64,000 nt of DNA from positions 1 through 64,000 of the forward strand of contig CAVSLV010000002.1 of the NCBI GenBank assembly GCA_963728915.1. The letters are read 5' to 3'. The notes below the pieces were generated by a model. The model worked only from the letters and a program-made list of their open reading frames with translations. It ran no database searches and was not told the origin of the DNA. The translations under genes and the position numbers were made by a program. Every line of letters begins with the position of its first letter. The first letter of the stretch is position 1. The stretch comes from an uncultured Gemmatimonadales bacterium (GTDB lineage: Bacteria; Gemmatimonadota; Gemmatimonadetes; Gemmatimonadales; GWC2-71-9). Shown one piece after another: positions 22,834 through 32,951 of this stretch.

Positions 22834-24324
22834 ATGCGGGATCTCGACACGCTGGCCTTCGACAACAGCTACGCGCGGCTGCACCCCGCGTTCCATGAAG
22901 TCGTCGATCCCACCGCGCTCCCGGAACCGTACCTGGTCGCATTCAACCCCGACGCCGCGAACCTGCTCGATCTGGATCCCGCCCGGGTGGATCGGGGGGA
23001 GCTCACCGAGGTTCTCTCGGGAAATCGCAGGCTGCCGGGTTCCGAACCCATCGCCCAGGCGTACGCCGGCCACCAATTCGGGGTCTGGGTTCCCCAGCTG
23101 GGCGACGGTCGCGCATTCCTGCTCGGCGAGGTGGTCAATTCCAAGGGAGACCGATGGGACCTCCATCTCAAGGGGGCCGGGCAGACCCGGTTCTCCCGAT
23201 TTGGCGATGGTCGCTCGGTGTTACGCTCGGCAATCCGTGAATATCTCGCGTCGGAGGCGCTCGCCGGGCTCGGGATTCCGACCACCCGGGCGCTGGGGAT
23301 CGCGGGAAGCGACCTGCCGGTCCAGCGCGAGGAGGTCGAGACCGCCGCGACCCTGCTTCGCCTCGCGCCGACCCACGTGCGCTTCGGGACCTTCGAGTTG
23401 TTTGCCTCGCGAGGAGAAGACCAGCGGCTCCGCGAGCTGTTCGAGCACGTGGTCGGGCACCACTTTCCGGAACACGCGGTCGCTGCCGATCCCCTCCCCA
23501 GCCGAGCGGTCGGGTTGTTCAAGGAAGTCTGCCAGCGGACCGCCCGGCTCATGGCCCAGTGGGTCGCGGCGGGATTCGCCCATGGGGTGATGAACACCGA
23601 CAACATGTCCATCCTGGGCATCACCCTCGACTACGGACCCTACGGGTTCCTCGACGAGTACGATGCGGGGTTCATCTGCAACCACACCGACGTCGAGGGC
23701 CGCTACGCCTTCGGGCGGCAACCGGGCGTGGGGCTCTGGAACTGCGCCCGGCTGGGAGAAGCCCTGACGCTGCTGGATCCGGTCGTTGCGGCGAATCCGG
23801 CAGACCGCGACGCGTTGGCACCCTGGCAGGCTGCCCTGGATTCCTACTGGCCCGCGTTCAACCTCGAATACGCCGTGCGAATGCGAGCCAGGCTGGGGCT
23901 CGCCACCGAACAGGAGGGAGATGCCGATCTTCTCAAGGACATGTTGAGCGTCCTCCAGGAGGACCGGCTCGATTACACCACGTTCTTCCGCCGATTGAGC
24001 GGGTTAGGCACTCAGGGCCCGCTCGATGGCCTGCCGAGTGAGCGGCACCGCGCCTGGCGGGCTCGCTACCACGCGCGCCTCGCAACGGAGAACAGTCTGG
24101 ATGGCGATCGCTCGGAGCGAATGAGGCGGGTCAATCCGAAGTACGTGCTGCGCAACTGGATCGCCCAGGAAGCGATCCAGCGGGCCCAGCAGCGGGAGTT
24201 CGGTCTGATCGAGGACCTGCGGCGCCTGCTCCGCGACCCCGGTGCCGAGCATGCGGGAATGGAACGGTTCGCCGAGCCACCCGCCGGCGAGGCCAGAGAG
24301 ATCGTGGTGAGCTGCTCGTCCTGA
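22834..24324 (+). CDS. selO: Protein adenylyltransferase SelO (YdiU)
   Basis: YAGHQFG, QLGDGRA, LKGAGQT, HGVMNTDN, DYGPYGF, NPKYVLRN, C-terminal SCSS. Confidence 0.96.
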   Translation: MRDLDTLAFDNSYARLHPAFHEVVDPTALPEPYLVAFNPDAANLLDLDPARVDRGELTEVLSGNRRLPGSEPIAQAYAGHQFGVWVPQLGDGRAFLLGEVVNSKGDRWDLHLKGAGQTRFSRFGDGRSVLRSAIREYLASEALAGLGIPTTRALGIAGSDLPVQREEVETAATLLRLAPTHVRFGTFELFASRGEDQRLRELFEHVVGHHFPEHAVAADPLPSRAVGLFKEVCQRTARLMAQWVAAGFAHGVMNTDNMSILGITLDYGPYGFLDEYDAGFICNHTDVEGRYAFGRQPGVGLWNCARLGEALTLLDPVVAANPADRDALAPWQAALDSYWPAFNLEYAVRMRARLGLATEQEGDADLLKDMLSVLQEDRLDYTTFFRRLSGLGTQGPLDGLPSERHRAWRARYHARLATENSLDGDRSERMRRVNPKYVLRNWIAQEAIQRAQQREFGLIEDLRRLLRDPGAEHAGMERFAEPPAGEAREIVVSCSS

Positions 24325-24342
24325 GGTTCGCCTCCCCGACCA

Positions 24343-26832
24343 TCAATCCGGGTCGGGAGTTCTCCCGGTCAAGGCCAGCGGGGTGCTCCCTTCCGAGGTC
24401 TCGATCCGCTCCCGCTGTTCCTGGACCCGGGGCCAGATCGCGTCCTGGAGCCGGCGGATCTCCGCCTGAAATTTCGGATCGCGCTCCACCTTCGCGAAGA
24501 CGGCGGAGCGCAGTACCCGGGGGTCGATTCCGGCCGGCGAGACCGAGAAGGCGAGCCGCACGTACTCGAGCGCCGGTTCGACTTGGCCGTTCCAGGCATA
24601 CCAGGTCGCCAGCTCTTGCGCCGCGATCACGTCGCCATACACCGCGTCTCCGGTTTCACTCTCGACGACGCGATGCAGCGAATCCACCAGGACCCGGGCC
24701 TCCCGCACCCGCCCCGTGGCCGCCAGACAGGCGGCCTTCACTCCCAGATACGGATACAAATCCATGGTGACACATTCGGCCGCGCGATTCTGGAGCAGCA
24801 GCGCCAGGCCCTCGACCTGGCGGGGACGCCGCAGCTCGGGCTCCAGCTCTCCGGCGCGATGGGCTTCGACCCCGGCCAGCGCAAGCTTCCCCACGGCAAG
24901 CGCGGGAAGCGCCAGGTTGAGATGACGGGGCGACGACATCGGATCGAGGTCGAGCGCCCGCTGGGCCAGGGTCAGCGACTGGTCGGTCTTCCCTTCCCTG
25001 AGCAGCATCAGCGCGTGCCAGCCGGCGACGTCGGCTTCGGCCGCACGCATCCGGATGGCGCGTTCGAAATCCGCCCGCACTCGGTCGATCGGGGCAAAGG
25101 TGAGGTACTCGATGTACGCGAGGAATCCGATCGGCTCGCCCTGATCGGGCGCCAGCCGCACAGCGCGCTCGGCAAGGCTCAGCGCGCGCGCCGCGGTGGC
25201 ATAGGCGGGAATCGTGGTCTGATAACCGTAGGCAAGCTGGAGTCCGAGCGCCGTGGCCAGACGCCCCAGGGCCTCGGCATGGGTGGAGTCGTTGCGCACC
25301 GCGAGCTCGAAGAACCGGATCGCTTCGGCGATTCCCTCCGGCGTTCTTCGACGCAGGGCCTGCTTCCCGGCCAGAAATGCCGAATGGGCTCCTTCCCGCC
25401 GGGCCCGGGCCGAGGTGGAGGTGTTGGGGACATTGGCGCCGGGACCGAGCAGCGAGTGGGTGACCCGTGCCACGACGTCGCTCACCACCCGATCGAAGCT
25501 GGCCGAGTCCGGGGTGTAGGGCGCGGCCCAGAGCTGGGCCATGCTGGAGGCCTCGATGAATTGGACCGACACCCGTAACCCGCGGTTCACCTGGCGCGGC
25601 TGGAAGACGACCAGGTGTTCGACCCCGAGCTGTTCGCCGACCTGTCGCAGGGTCGGTGCGGCGCCCCGCCGGAACAGCGCCCCGGCCGACATGTAGTTCA
25701 CCACGGTCAGTCCGGGGACCTGGCCCAGATTGTTGCTGATCCGGTCCACCAGATCGGCGAGCAGCGCGCTCCCGGTGGAATCGTGCTGGTAGTAGTCGGG
25801 AGGCAGGAGCGCCACGGTGGCGGCGTGCCCGGTTCCCAACTCGGGGGGAGCGCGCCGCCGCAATCCTAACCCGGCCAGCGCGACCACGCCGAGGCCGAGC
25901 GCGCCCGCCACCACCCAGCGAAACGCCGGCCGATGAGGCCGGGCCGCGGGGAGGGTCGCGAACGAATGGCTGCCGCTCGCCAGAGCCTCCAGCATGGCGA
26001 GCAGCTCGGCCGCAGTCTGGAACCGGTCATTCGGACTCTTCTCCAGACACCGCATGATGATCGCCGAGAACGGCGGCGGCAGATCGGGACAAGCTTCCCC
26101 GAGCGGAATGGGGGTCTGGACCGCCTGGGCCACCAGAAGCTGCTGGAACGACGTCCCGTCAAAGGGCCGCCTTCCGGAAAGGAGTTCATACCCGAGCACG
26201 CCCACTGCATACAGATCGGCGCGGTGATCGAGCGCAGGATCGCCGCTGGCCTGCTCCGGGGACATGTACCCCGGGGTGCCCAGCGTGATGCCGACCCCGG
26301 TGACCGGGGTCCTGGGGTCGGCGGGAGCGAGGGCCTTGGAGACACCGAAATCCGTCACCAGCGCGCTCTTCCCCACCAGAAAGACATTGTCGGGTTTGAT
26401 GTCCCGGTGCACGATGCCCGCCTCGTGGGCATGAACCAGCGCATCCACCACGTCGATCAGGATCCGCCGAACCTCATCGGGACCGAGGCGCTTCTCGCGC
26501 TCCAGCCGGGTTCGCAGAGTTTCGCCCCGGATGAACGGCATGGTGTAGTACGGGCCGCGGAGTCCGCTCCGGTATTCGATGAACCCCGCCGACAGGACCG
26601 GCACGATGTGGGGATGCTGGAGCTTGACCGCATGCTGGATCTCGATCCGGAAGCGCTCGACGTTGAGCCCGGCCATGAGGTCGGGGGGAAGCACCTTGAT
26701 GACGATTTCCCGCTCCAGCGCCGCCTCCAGGGCGACGAAGACCCGCGACATGCCGCCCCCCGGCAGCTCGCGGGTTACGCGGAAGCCGGGGCCTATGGCG
26801 GCCTGGAGTTCGGACTGGAGATCGATCGACAC
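24343..26832 (-). CDS. Ser/Thr protein kinase with TM, TolB_N-like and TPR regions
   Basis: GGGMSRVF, HRDIKPDN, DFG, GTPGYMSPE, TM helix, helical repeats. Confidence 0.92.
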   Translation of the reverse strand: MSIDLQSELQAAIGPGFRVTRELPGGGMSRVFVALEAALEREIVIKVLPPDLMAGLNVERFRIEIQHAVKLQHPHIVPVLSAGFIEYRSGLRGPYYTMPFIRGETLRTRLEREKRLGPDEVRRILIDVVDALVHAHEAGIVHRDIKPDNVFLVGKSALVTDFGVSKALAPADPRTPVTGVGITLGTPGYMSPEQASGDPALDHRADLYAVGVLGYELLSGRRPFDGTSFQQLLVAQAVQTPIPLGEACPDLPPPFSAIIMRCLEKSPNDRFQTAAELLAMLEALASGSHSFATLPAARPHRPAFRWVVAGALGLGVVALAGLGLRRRAPPELGTGHAATVALLPPDYYQHDSTGSALLADLVDRISNNLGQVPGLTVVNYMSAGALFRRGAAPTLRQVGEQLGVEHLVVFQPRQVNRGLRVSVQFIEASSMAQLWAAPYTPDSASFDRVVSDVVARVTHSLLGPGANVPNTSTSARARREGAHSAFLAGKQALRRRTPEGIAEAIRFFELAVRNDSTHAEALGRLATALGLQLAYGYQTTIPAYATAARALSLAERAVRLAPDQGEPIGFLAYIEYLTFAPIDRVRADFERAIRMRAAEADVAGWHALMLLREGKTDQSLTLAQRALDLDPMSSPRHLNLALPALAVGKLALAGVEAHRAGELEPELRRPRQVEGLALLLQNRAAECVTMDLYPYLGVKAACLAATGRVREARVLVDSLHRVVESETGDAVYGDVIAAQELATWYAWNGQVEPALEYVRLAFSVSPAGIDPRVLRSAVFAKVERDPKFQAEIRRLQDAIWPRVQEQRERIETSEGSTPLALTGRTPDPD

Positions 26833-26887
26833 GAACGAACGCGCCTATCTGCTTGGGCCAACGGAATCTACGAGAACGCCAGTTTGC

Positions 26888-26915
26888 TTGACAGACCTCG
26901 CTCCGGTCGTACGTT
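26888..26915 (+). promoter_or_regulatory. Putative sigma70 promoter for the hybrid-kinase array
   Basis: TTGACA-N16-TACGTT. Confidence 0.45.
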
Positions 26916-26992
26916 CCTCCTTCCCGGTCCGTCGATCCATCCCGCAACCGGACCGGTCTTTCATCCGGGCCCCTGATTGTGGAGGCAGTGCC

Positions 26993-29896
26993 ACGTCGCC
27001 TACGCCCCGGTCCAGCCGGAAGCCGTCCCGGGGGCAGGATTCGCCTGCCCGGAGACGGCAGTCCGCCCTGCTCGGTTTGAGCGCGGCAATCGCTTCGGCC
27101 CACAATGAAGGAGAAGTGTGCCGGGCCGTGGTGGACGGCCTCCGGGAGGACGCCCTGGGCTACAACTTCCTGGGCGTTTTCCTGCTCGACCGCGACACCG
27201 GGGACCGGATCCTGGCCGCCGCCACCGGCTGGGACGATGTGCCGCCCGACATGCGGGTGCCGGCGGGACAGGGCCTGAGCGCCCGGCCGATTCGAGACCG
27301 GAAGCTCCGATACACCCCGGACGTCGCCGACGAGCCCGAGTATGTGCCCGGGCTCTCCAGCGGATCCGAAGTCGATGTTCCCATCCTCGCCGGCGATGAG
27401 GTGCTCGGAGTCCTGGTCGTGGAAAGCCGGGAGCCGCAGGCCTTCGGTGCCGCCGATTTCGAGATCCTCACCGCTGCGGCGCAGCTCGCCGGACTCGCGC
27501 TGGCACGGCAGCAGACCCTCGCCGCCGAGCGGCGGCGCGCCGACGAGCGGGAGGCGCTCCTCGCCACCATCGGAGATCTCTCCGCCGAGCTCGAGTTGTC
27601 CCGCCTGCTCGAAGCGGTGCTGCGCCGCGCGGTCACTCTTCTGGGAGCAGTCGGGGGAGAGCTGGCGACCTATGACGAGGGTCGTGGCGAGCTGGTGATC
27701 GCGGCCAATCACGGCATGAAGTCGGATTCCCGGGGAACCCGCCTCAAGGTGGGCGAAGGCGCCATGGGCCTGGTGGTCCGTACCGGCGAGCAGCTCCTCA
27801 TCCCCGATTACCAGACCTGGTCGGGGCGCTCCAACCAGTACGCCAAGATCGACGCGCGGGCCGCCGTGGTGGCGCCGCTCCTCATCGGTGGGCGGCCGGT
27901 GGGAGCGATCAACGTCTGGCACGAAGAGGGAAATCAGTCATTCACCCCTTCGGATCAACGGCTGCTCAACCTGTTCGGGCAACAGGCCGCCATTGCGCTC
28001 GAGAACGCCCATCTGTTCGCCGCGGCCCAGCGGCAGCGTCAGTTCTTCGAAGTGCTGGTCGGCAACAGCCCGGTCGCGATCGTGGTGCTCGACCTGGAGC
28101 ACCGGGTGGTTTCGTGCAATCCCGCCTTTGAGACCCTCTATGGGTACACCCAGGCAGACGTGGCGGGAAAGAATCTCGACGATCTCATCACCACCGAGGA
28201 GTCTCGGGCCCAGGCGGTGTCTTACACCCAGCAAGCGTCGATCGATCAGCGGGTCCAGGGATTCGGACAGCGCCGGCGCAAGGACGGCTCGCTGGTGGAT
28301 GTCGAGGTGCTCGCCGTTCCGGTGGTCGTGGACGGCGAACGGGTGGGGATGATGGGTCTCTACCACGACGTGACCGAGCTGCTCGCCGCGCGGAAAGCCT
28401 CGGAGGAAGCGAATACCGCAAAGAGCCGGTTCCTCGCCAACATGAGCCACGAGCTGCGCACCCCGCTCAACGCGATCATCGGCTACAGCGAGATGCTGGA
28501 GGAGGAAGCCGCCGATCGGGGTCACGACGAGTACACCCCCGACCTTCAGAAGATCCGGGCCGCGGGCCGGCACCTGCTCGCCCTCATCAACGACGTCCTC
28601 GATCTCTCCAAGATCGAAGCCGGCAAGATGGAGCTCCACCTCGAAACCTTCGAGCTGATCCCGGCCATCGAGGCGGTGGCCTCCACCGTGGCCCCGCTGA
28701 TCGAGAAGAACGGCAATACCCTGAAGCTCGAGCTCGCGCCCGGGCTGGGCGCCATGCGGGGCGACCTGACCCGGGTGCGGCAGATTCTGTTCAACCTGCT
28801 CTCCAACGCCAGCAAGTTCACCGACCGGGGCACCATCACCCTCCGGGCCACCGCCGACCGGGCCGCGCTCCGGTTCGAGGTGATCGATACCGGGATCGGG
28901 ATGACCGCAGCCCAGCTGGCCAAACTGTTTCAGGCGTTTGCGCAGGCGGAGGCGGCGACCACGAGCAAGTACGGCGGGACCGGGTTAGGGCTCGCCATCA
29001 GCAAGATGTTCTGCGAGATGATGGCCGGGGAGATCACCGTCACCAGCACCCCGGGCGTGGGGACTACCTTCACGGTCCGGCTGCCCCGGGAGGTGCGGGA
29101 TCAGGTCGAGCCGGCGGTCGGGCCGGGGCCGGTGCTTCAACCGGGCGAGACCACCGGCACCGTACTGGTGATCGACGACGACCCTGATGCGCGCCAGCTC
29201 CTCGCCCGGATGCTCCGGAAAGAGGGCTTTCAGGTGCTGACCGCCGAGGGCGGGGAACAGGGCATCGGTCTGGCTCGGGCGGAGCATCCCGATGTCATCA
29301 CCCTGGACGTTCTGATGCCGGGCCTGGATGGATGGGGTGTCCTGGCGGCGCTCAAGAGCGATCCCATCCTGGCAACGATTCCCGTCGTGATGGTCACCAT
29401 CACCGACGATCGACAACTCGGCTTCTCCCTCGGCGCGGTGGATTATCTCGGCAAACCGATCGACCGGGCTCAGCTTGGCGCAATCGTATCGCGCTACAAG
29501 CACGTTCCCACGGCGGGGAACGCCCCGGAGGTCCTGGTGGTCGAAGACGACGGGGATACCCGCACCATGCTTCGTCGAGCCCTGGAAAAAGAAGGTTGGA
29601 GCGTCCGGGAGGCGACCAATGGCCGGGAAGGACTGGAACAGGTCAGTGCCCAGGCCCCTGCCCTTATCCTGCTCGACCTGATGATGCCGGAAATGGACGG
29701 GTTCGGATTTCTTGACGGACTGCGAGCCCGGCCGGCTCCCGCGCCTCCGGTCGTGGTCATCACCGCGAAGGATTTGACCGACCAGGATCGCCAACGGCTG
29801 AATGGCGGGGTCCGGGGGGTGGTGCAGAAGCGCCCCCAGGATTTCGAGGGACTGATGGCGGAAGTGCGCTCCCGCATGGCCCAGCATGCCCACTGA
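26993..29896 (+). CDS. Hybrid sensor histidine kinase 1 (GAF-GAF-PAS-HisKA-HATPase-REC-REC); start uncertain
   Basis: [33 protein letters not shown], two receivers. The upstream ATGs of the ORF track lie inside the opposite-strand kinase. Confidence 0.93.
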   Translation, partial: TSPTPRSSRKPSRGQDSPARRRQSALLGLSAAIASAHNEGEVCRAVVDGLREDALGYNFLGVFLLDRDTGDRILAAATGWDDVPPDMRVPAGQGLSARPIRDRKLRYTPDVADEPEYVPGLSSGSEVDVPILAGDEVLGVLVVESREPQAFGAADFEILTAAAQLAGLALARQQTLAAERRRADEREALLATIGDLSAELELSRLLEAVLRRAVTLLGAVGGELATYDEGRGELVIAANHGMKSDSRGTRLKVGEGAMGLVVRTGEQLLIPDYQTWSGRSNQYAKIDARAAVVAPLLIGGRPVGAINVWHEEGNQSFTPSDQRLLNLFGQQAAIALENAHLFAAAQRQRQFFEVLVGNSPVAIVVLDLEHRVVSCNPAFETLYGYTQADVAGKNLDDLITTEESRAQAVSYTQQASIDQRVQGFGQRRRKDGSLVDVEVLAVPVVVDGERVGMMGLYHDVTELLAARKASEEANTAKSRFLANMSHELRTPLNAIIGYSEMLEEEAADRGHDEYTPDLQKIRAAGRHLLALINDVLDLSKIEAGKMELHLETFELIPAIEAVASTVAPLIEKNGNTLKLELAPGLGAMRGDLTRVRQILFNLLSNASKFTDRGTITLRATADRAALRFEVIDTGIGMTAAQLAKLFQAFAQAEAATTSKYGGTGLGLAISKMFCEMMAGEITVTSTPGVGTTFTVRLPREVRDQVEPAVGPGPVLQPGETTGTVLVIDDDPDARQLLARMLRKEGFQVLTAEGGEQGIGLARAEHPDVITLDVLMPGLDGWGVLAALKSDPILATIPVVMVTITDDRQLGFSLGAVDYLGKPIDRAQLGAIVSRYKHVPTAGNAPEVLVVEDDGDTRTMLRRALEKEGWSVREATNGREGLEQVSAQAPALILLDLMMPEMDGFGFLDGLRARPAPAPPVVVITAKDLTDQDRQRLNGGVRGVVQKRPQDFEGLMAEVRSRMAQHAH
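28441..29096 (+). repeat. Direct repeat copy 1 (~656 bp, kinase core)
   Basis: Matches 31802-32457; 3 substitutions seen by eye. Confidence 0.9.
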
Positions 29897-32800
29897 ATCC
29901 TCCCTGCACCGGCTTCGCGAAGCTGCCCTGCTGCGAATGAGTACCGCGATCGCCACCGCGGACTCCGAGTCGGAGATCTGCAAGGCGGTGGCCGATGGGC
30001 TTCAGGACGACGCGCTCGGATTCGACTTCGTCGCGGTGCTGCTGGTCGACCAGAAAACCGGCGATCGGGTGGTCGTCGCGAGTCGCGGGTGGGAGGGAGC
30101 GCCCTCCGGGCTTCGGGTTCCCAGGGGTCAGGGCTTGAGCGAGCTTCCCTTGCTCGACGGACGGTTGCATTACACCCCGCAGGTCACCCAGGACACCCGA
30201 TACCTTCCCACCCGCAACGAAGGCTCCGAAGTCGATATCCCGTTGCTGGTCAACCGGGACCTGGTCGGGGTGCTGGTGGTTGAAAGCAACCGGCATCACG
30301 CCTTCAGCGCGGATGATTTCGAGGTCCTCCGTGCGGTGGCGAATCAGGCCGGCATTGCGATCGGGCGAGCCCGGCTGATCGCCGCCGAACGGCAGCGGGC
30401 CAACGAGCAGGAAGCGCTCCGGGCAACCATCACGGATTTGTCCGCCCGGCTGGAACTCTCGGACCTGCTCCAGGCGGTGCTGGAGCGCGCGGTGCAACTG
30501 CTTCAGATCAGTCATGGCGAGCTGGCGATCTTCGATCACGAGCGGGAAGAGCTGGAGATCGTGGCCAGTTACAATGTCGGAAAGAAGGACACCACGGGAA
30601 CCCGGCTTCGCATGGGCGAAGGGGCTATGGGACACGCGGCCCTGACCCGTGAGCCGTTGCTGATTGCTGATTACCAGACCTGGAACGCACGCTCGGAGCA
30701 GTACGCCCAAGTGGAGTTCCATGCGGTCATGGTGGCGCCCCTCCTCATGGGGCGGCAACTGGTCGGCGCGATCGCGTTCATGGACAAGGACCCCAGCCGC
30801 CAGTTCGGGAACGACGACCTCCGCCTCCTGGATCTGTTTGCTCCCCAGGCCGCGGTGGCGATCGAGAACGCTCGGCTGTTCGGACTGGAGCGCCGCCGCG
30901 CCGAGGAACAGCAGGCCCTGCTCGATACCCTCAAGGACCTGGTCGGGCAGCTCGAGCTTGGCAGCCTGTTGCAGCGGGTCCTCGAGCGAGCGGTCACCTT
31001 GCTCAATGTGACCGGCGGGGAGCTCGCGACGTTCGACCCGGCAGCGGGCGATCTCCAGATCGTCGCCACCCACAACATGGGAACCGACGCAGTGGGTGCC
31101 CGAGTCGCGCTGGGCGAGGGGGCCATGGGCCGGGTGGCCGAGACGCTGGAGCCGCTGGTGATCCCGCGCTATCAGGAGTGGGAAGGCCGCTCCGCGCAGT
31201 ACACCCAGAGCACGGTGCAGTCGGTCATGGCGGCACCCCTGCGCATCGGAGATCGCCTGGTCGGCACCATCGCGACGGTGCACTCCGATCCTCATCATGA
31301 ACCCGGCCCCGAGGACGTGCGGTTGCTCGAGCTGTTCGCGTCGGAAGCCGCTATTGCGATCGAAAATGCACGGCTGTTCACCCAGGCCCAGCACCAGACC
31401 CAGTATTTCGGTGAGCTGGTGGCCAACAGTCCGGTCGCCATTGTCACCCTGGACACCCGGCACGACGTGGTGGCCTGCAATCCCGCGTTCCTCGAGCTGT
31501 ATGGCTACGCCGAGCCGGAGGTCATTGGACAACATCTCGACGATCTCATTACCACACCCGAATCGCGCAAAGAGGCGGTGAAATTCACCGAGCAAGCGCT
31601 GGGACAGCGCCCGGTCCGCGCCATCGCCCAGCGCCGGCGCAAGGACGGCTCGCTGGTGGATGTCGAGGTGCTCGGCGTCCCGGTGGTGGTGAACGGGGAC
31701 CTGGTCGGCATGATGGGCCTCTACCACGACATCACCGAGTTGCTCCGGGCCCGCCGCGAGGCGGAACGGGCCAATTCGGCCAAGAGCCAGTTCCTGGCCA
31801 GCATGAGCCACGAGCTGCGCACCCCGCTCAACGCGATCATCGGCTACAGCGAGATGCTGGAGGAGGAAGCCGCCGATCGGGGCCACGACGAGTACACCCC
31901 CGACCTCCAGAAGATCCGGGCCGCGGGCCGGCACCTGCTCGCCCTCATCAACGACGTCCTCGATCTCTCCAAGATCGAAGCCGGCAAGATGGAGCTCCAC
32001 CTCGAAACCTTCGAGCTGATCCCGGCCATCGAGGCGGTGGCCTCCACCGTGGCCCCGCTGATCGAGAAGAACGGCAATACCCTGAAGCTCGAGCTCGCGC
32101 CCGGGCTGGGCGCCATGCGGGGCGACCTGACCCGGGTGCGGCAGATTCTGTTCAACCTGCTCTCCAACGCCAGCAAGTTCACCGACCGGGGCACCATCAC
32201 CCTCCGGGCCACCGCCGACCGGGCCGCGCTCCGGTTCGAGGTGATCGATACCGGGATCGGGATGACCGCAGCCCAGCTGGCCAAACTGTTTCAGGCGTTT
32301 GCGCAGGCGGAGGCGGCGACCACGAGCAAGTACGGCGGGACCGGGTTAGGGCTCGCCATCAGCAAGATGTTCTGCGAGATGATGGCCGGGGAGATCACCG
32401 TCACCAGCACCCCGGGCGTGGGGACCACCTTCACGGTCCGGCTGCCCCGGGAGGTGCCCGATCCCCACCAGGCGGCGGCGACCCCACCCCTGGTCAGCGG
32501 CGACGGCTCGGCGCTGGTGCTGGTGATCGACGACGATCCGGTGGCGAGGGATATCACCCGCCGAATTCTGGCGCGGGCAGGTTACCGGGTGGCCGAAGCC
32601 AGCGATGGCGAGAGCGGCCTCCGGGTGGCCCGCGAGCTCCGGCCCCGCCTCATTACCCTGGATGTTCTGATGCCGGGGATGGACGGCTGGGAAGTTCTCG
32701 AAGTGCTCAAGGAGGACCCCGAGCTTGCCAGCACGCCGGTGATTCTTCAGACCGTCCTGGAGAACCGGAACCTGGGATTTTCGCTGGGCGCGGCGGAGTA

Positions 32801-32951
32801 CCTCACCAAGCCGGTGGACCGGCAGCAGCTCACCACGCTGGCGCGCCGGTATGTCTCCGGCGACGCCGAGCCACCGTCCGGCGTCTTCGAAGACGACCCC
32901 GCGACCCACGATGGATTGCTGGCCGAAGTCCAGCGCCTGGTGCCTCGATGA
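29886..32951 (+). CDS. Hybrid sensor histidine kinase 2 (GAF-GAF-GAF-PAS-HisKA-HATPase-REC)
   Basis: Three GAF repeats, PAS, same H/N/G boxes, one receiver. Confidence 0.95.
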   Translation: MPTESSLHRLREAALLRMSTAIATADSESEICKAVADGLQDDALGFDFVAVLLVDQKTGDRVVVASRGWEGAPSGLRVPRGQGLSELPLLDGRLHYTPQVTQDTRYLPTRNEGSEVDIPLLVNRDLVGVLVVESNRHHAFSADDFEVLRAVANQAGIAIGRARLIAAERQRANEQEALRATITDLSARLELSDLLQAVLERAVQLLQISHGELAIFDHEREELEIVASYNVGKKDTTGTRLRMGEGAMGHAALTREPLLIADYQTWNARSEQYAQVEFHAVMVAPLLMGRQLVGAIAFMDKDPSRQFGNDDLRLLDLFAPQAAVAIENARLFGLERRRAEEQQALLDTLKDLVGQLELGSLLQRVLERAVTLLNVTGGELATFDPAAGDLQIVATHNMGTDAVGARVALGEGAMGRVAETLEPLVIPRYQEWEGRSAQYTQSTVQSVMAAPLRIGDRLVGTIATVHSDPHHEPGPEDVRLLELFASEAAIAIENARLFTQAQHQTQYFGELVANSPVAIVTLDTRHDVVACNPAFLELYGYAEPEVIGQHLDDLITTPESRKEAVKFTEQALGQRPVRAIAQRRRKDGSLVDVEVLGVPVVVNGDLVGMMGLYHDITELLRARREAERANSAKSQFLASMSHELRTPLNAIIGYSEMLEEEAADRGHDEYTPDLQKIRAAGRHLLALINDVLDLSKIEAGKMELHLETFELIPAIEAVASTVAPLIEKNGNTLKLELAPGLGAMRGDLTRVRQILFNLLSNASKFTDRGTITLRATADRAALRFEVIDTGIGMTAAQLAKLFQAFAQAEAATTSKYGGTGLGLAISKMFCEMMAGEITVTSTPGVGTTFTVRLPREVPDPHQAAATPPLVSGDGSALVLVIDDDPVARDITRRILARAGYRVAEASDGESGLRVARELRPRLITLDVLMPGMDGWEVLEVLKEDPELASTPVILQTVLENRNLGFSLGAAEYLTKPVDRQQLTTLARRYVSGDAEPPSGVFEDDPATHDGLLAEVQRLVPR
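31802..32457 (+). repeat. Direct repeat copy 2 (~656 bp, kinase core)
   Basis: Constant offset of 3361 bp from copy 1. Confidence 0.9.

Noticed and set aside
24310..24345. Selenocysteine readthrough at the selO TGA
   Set aside because: The protein already ends in the usual bacterial CSS, with Cys at the Sec-equivalent position, and the convergent gene ends 19 nt later.
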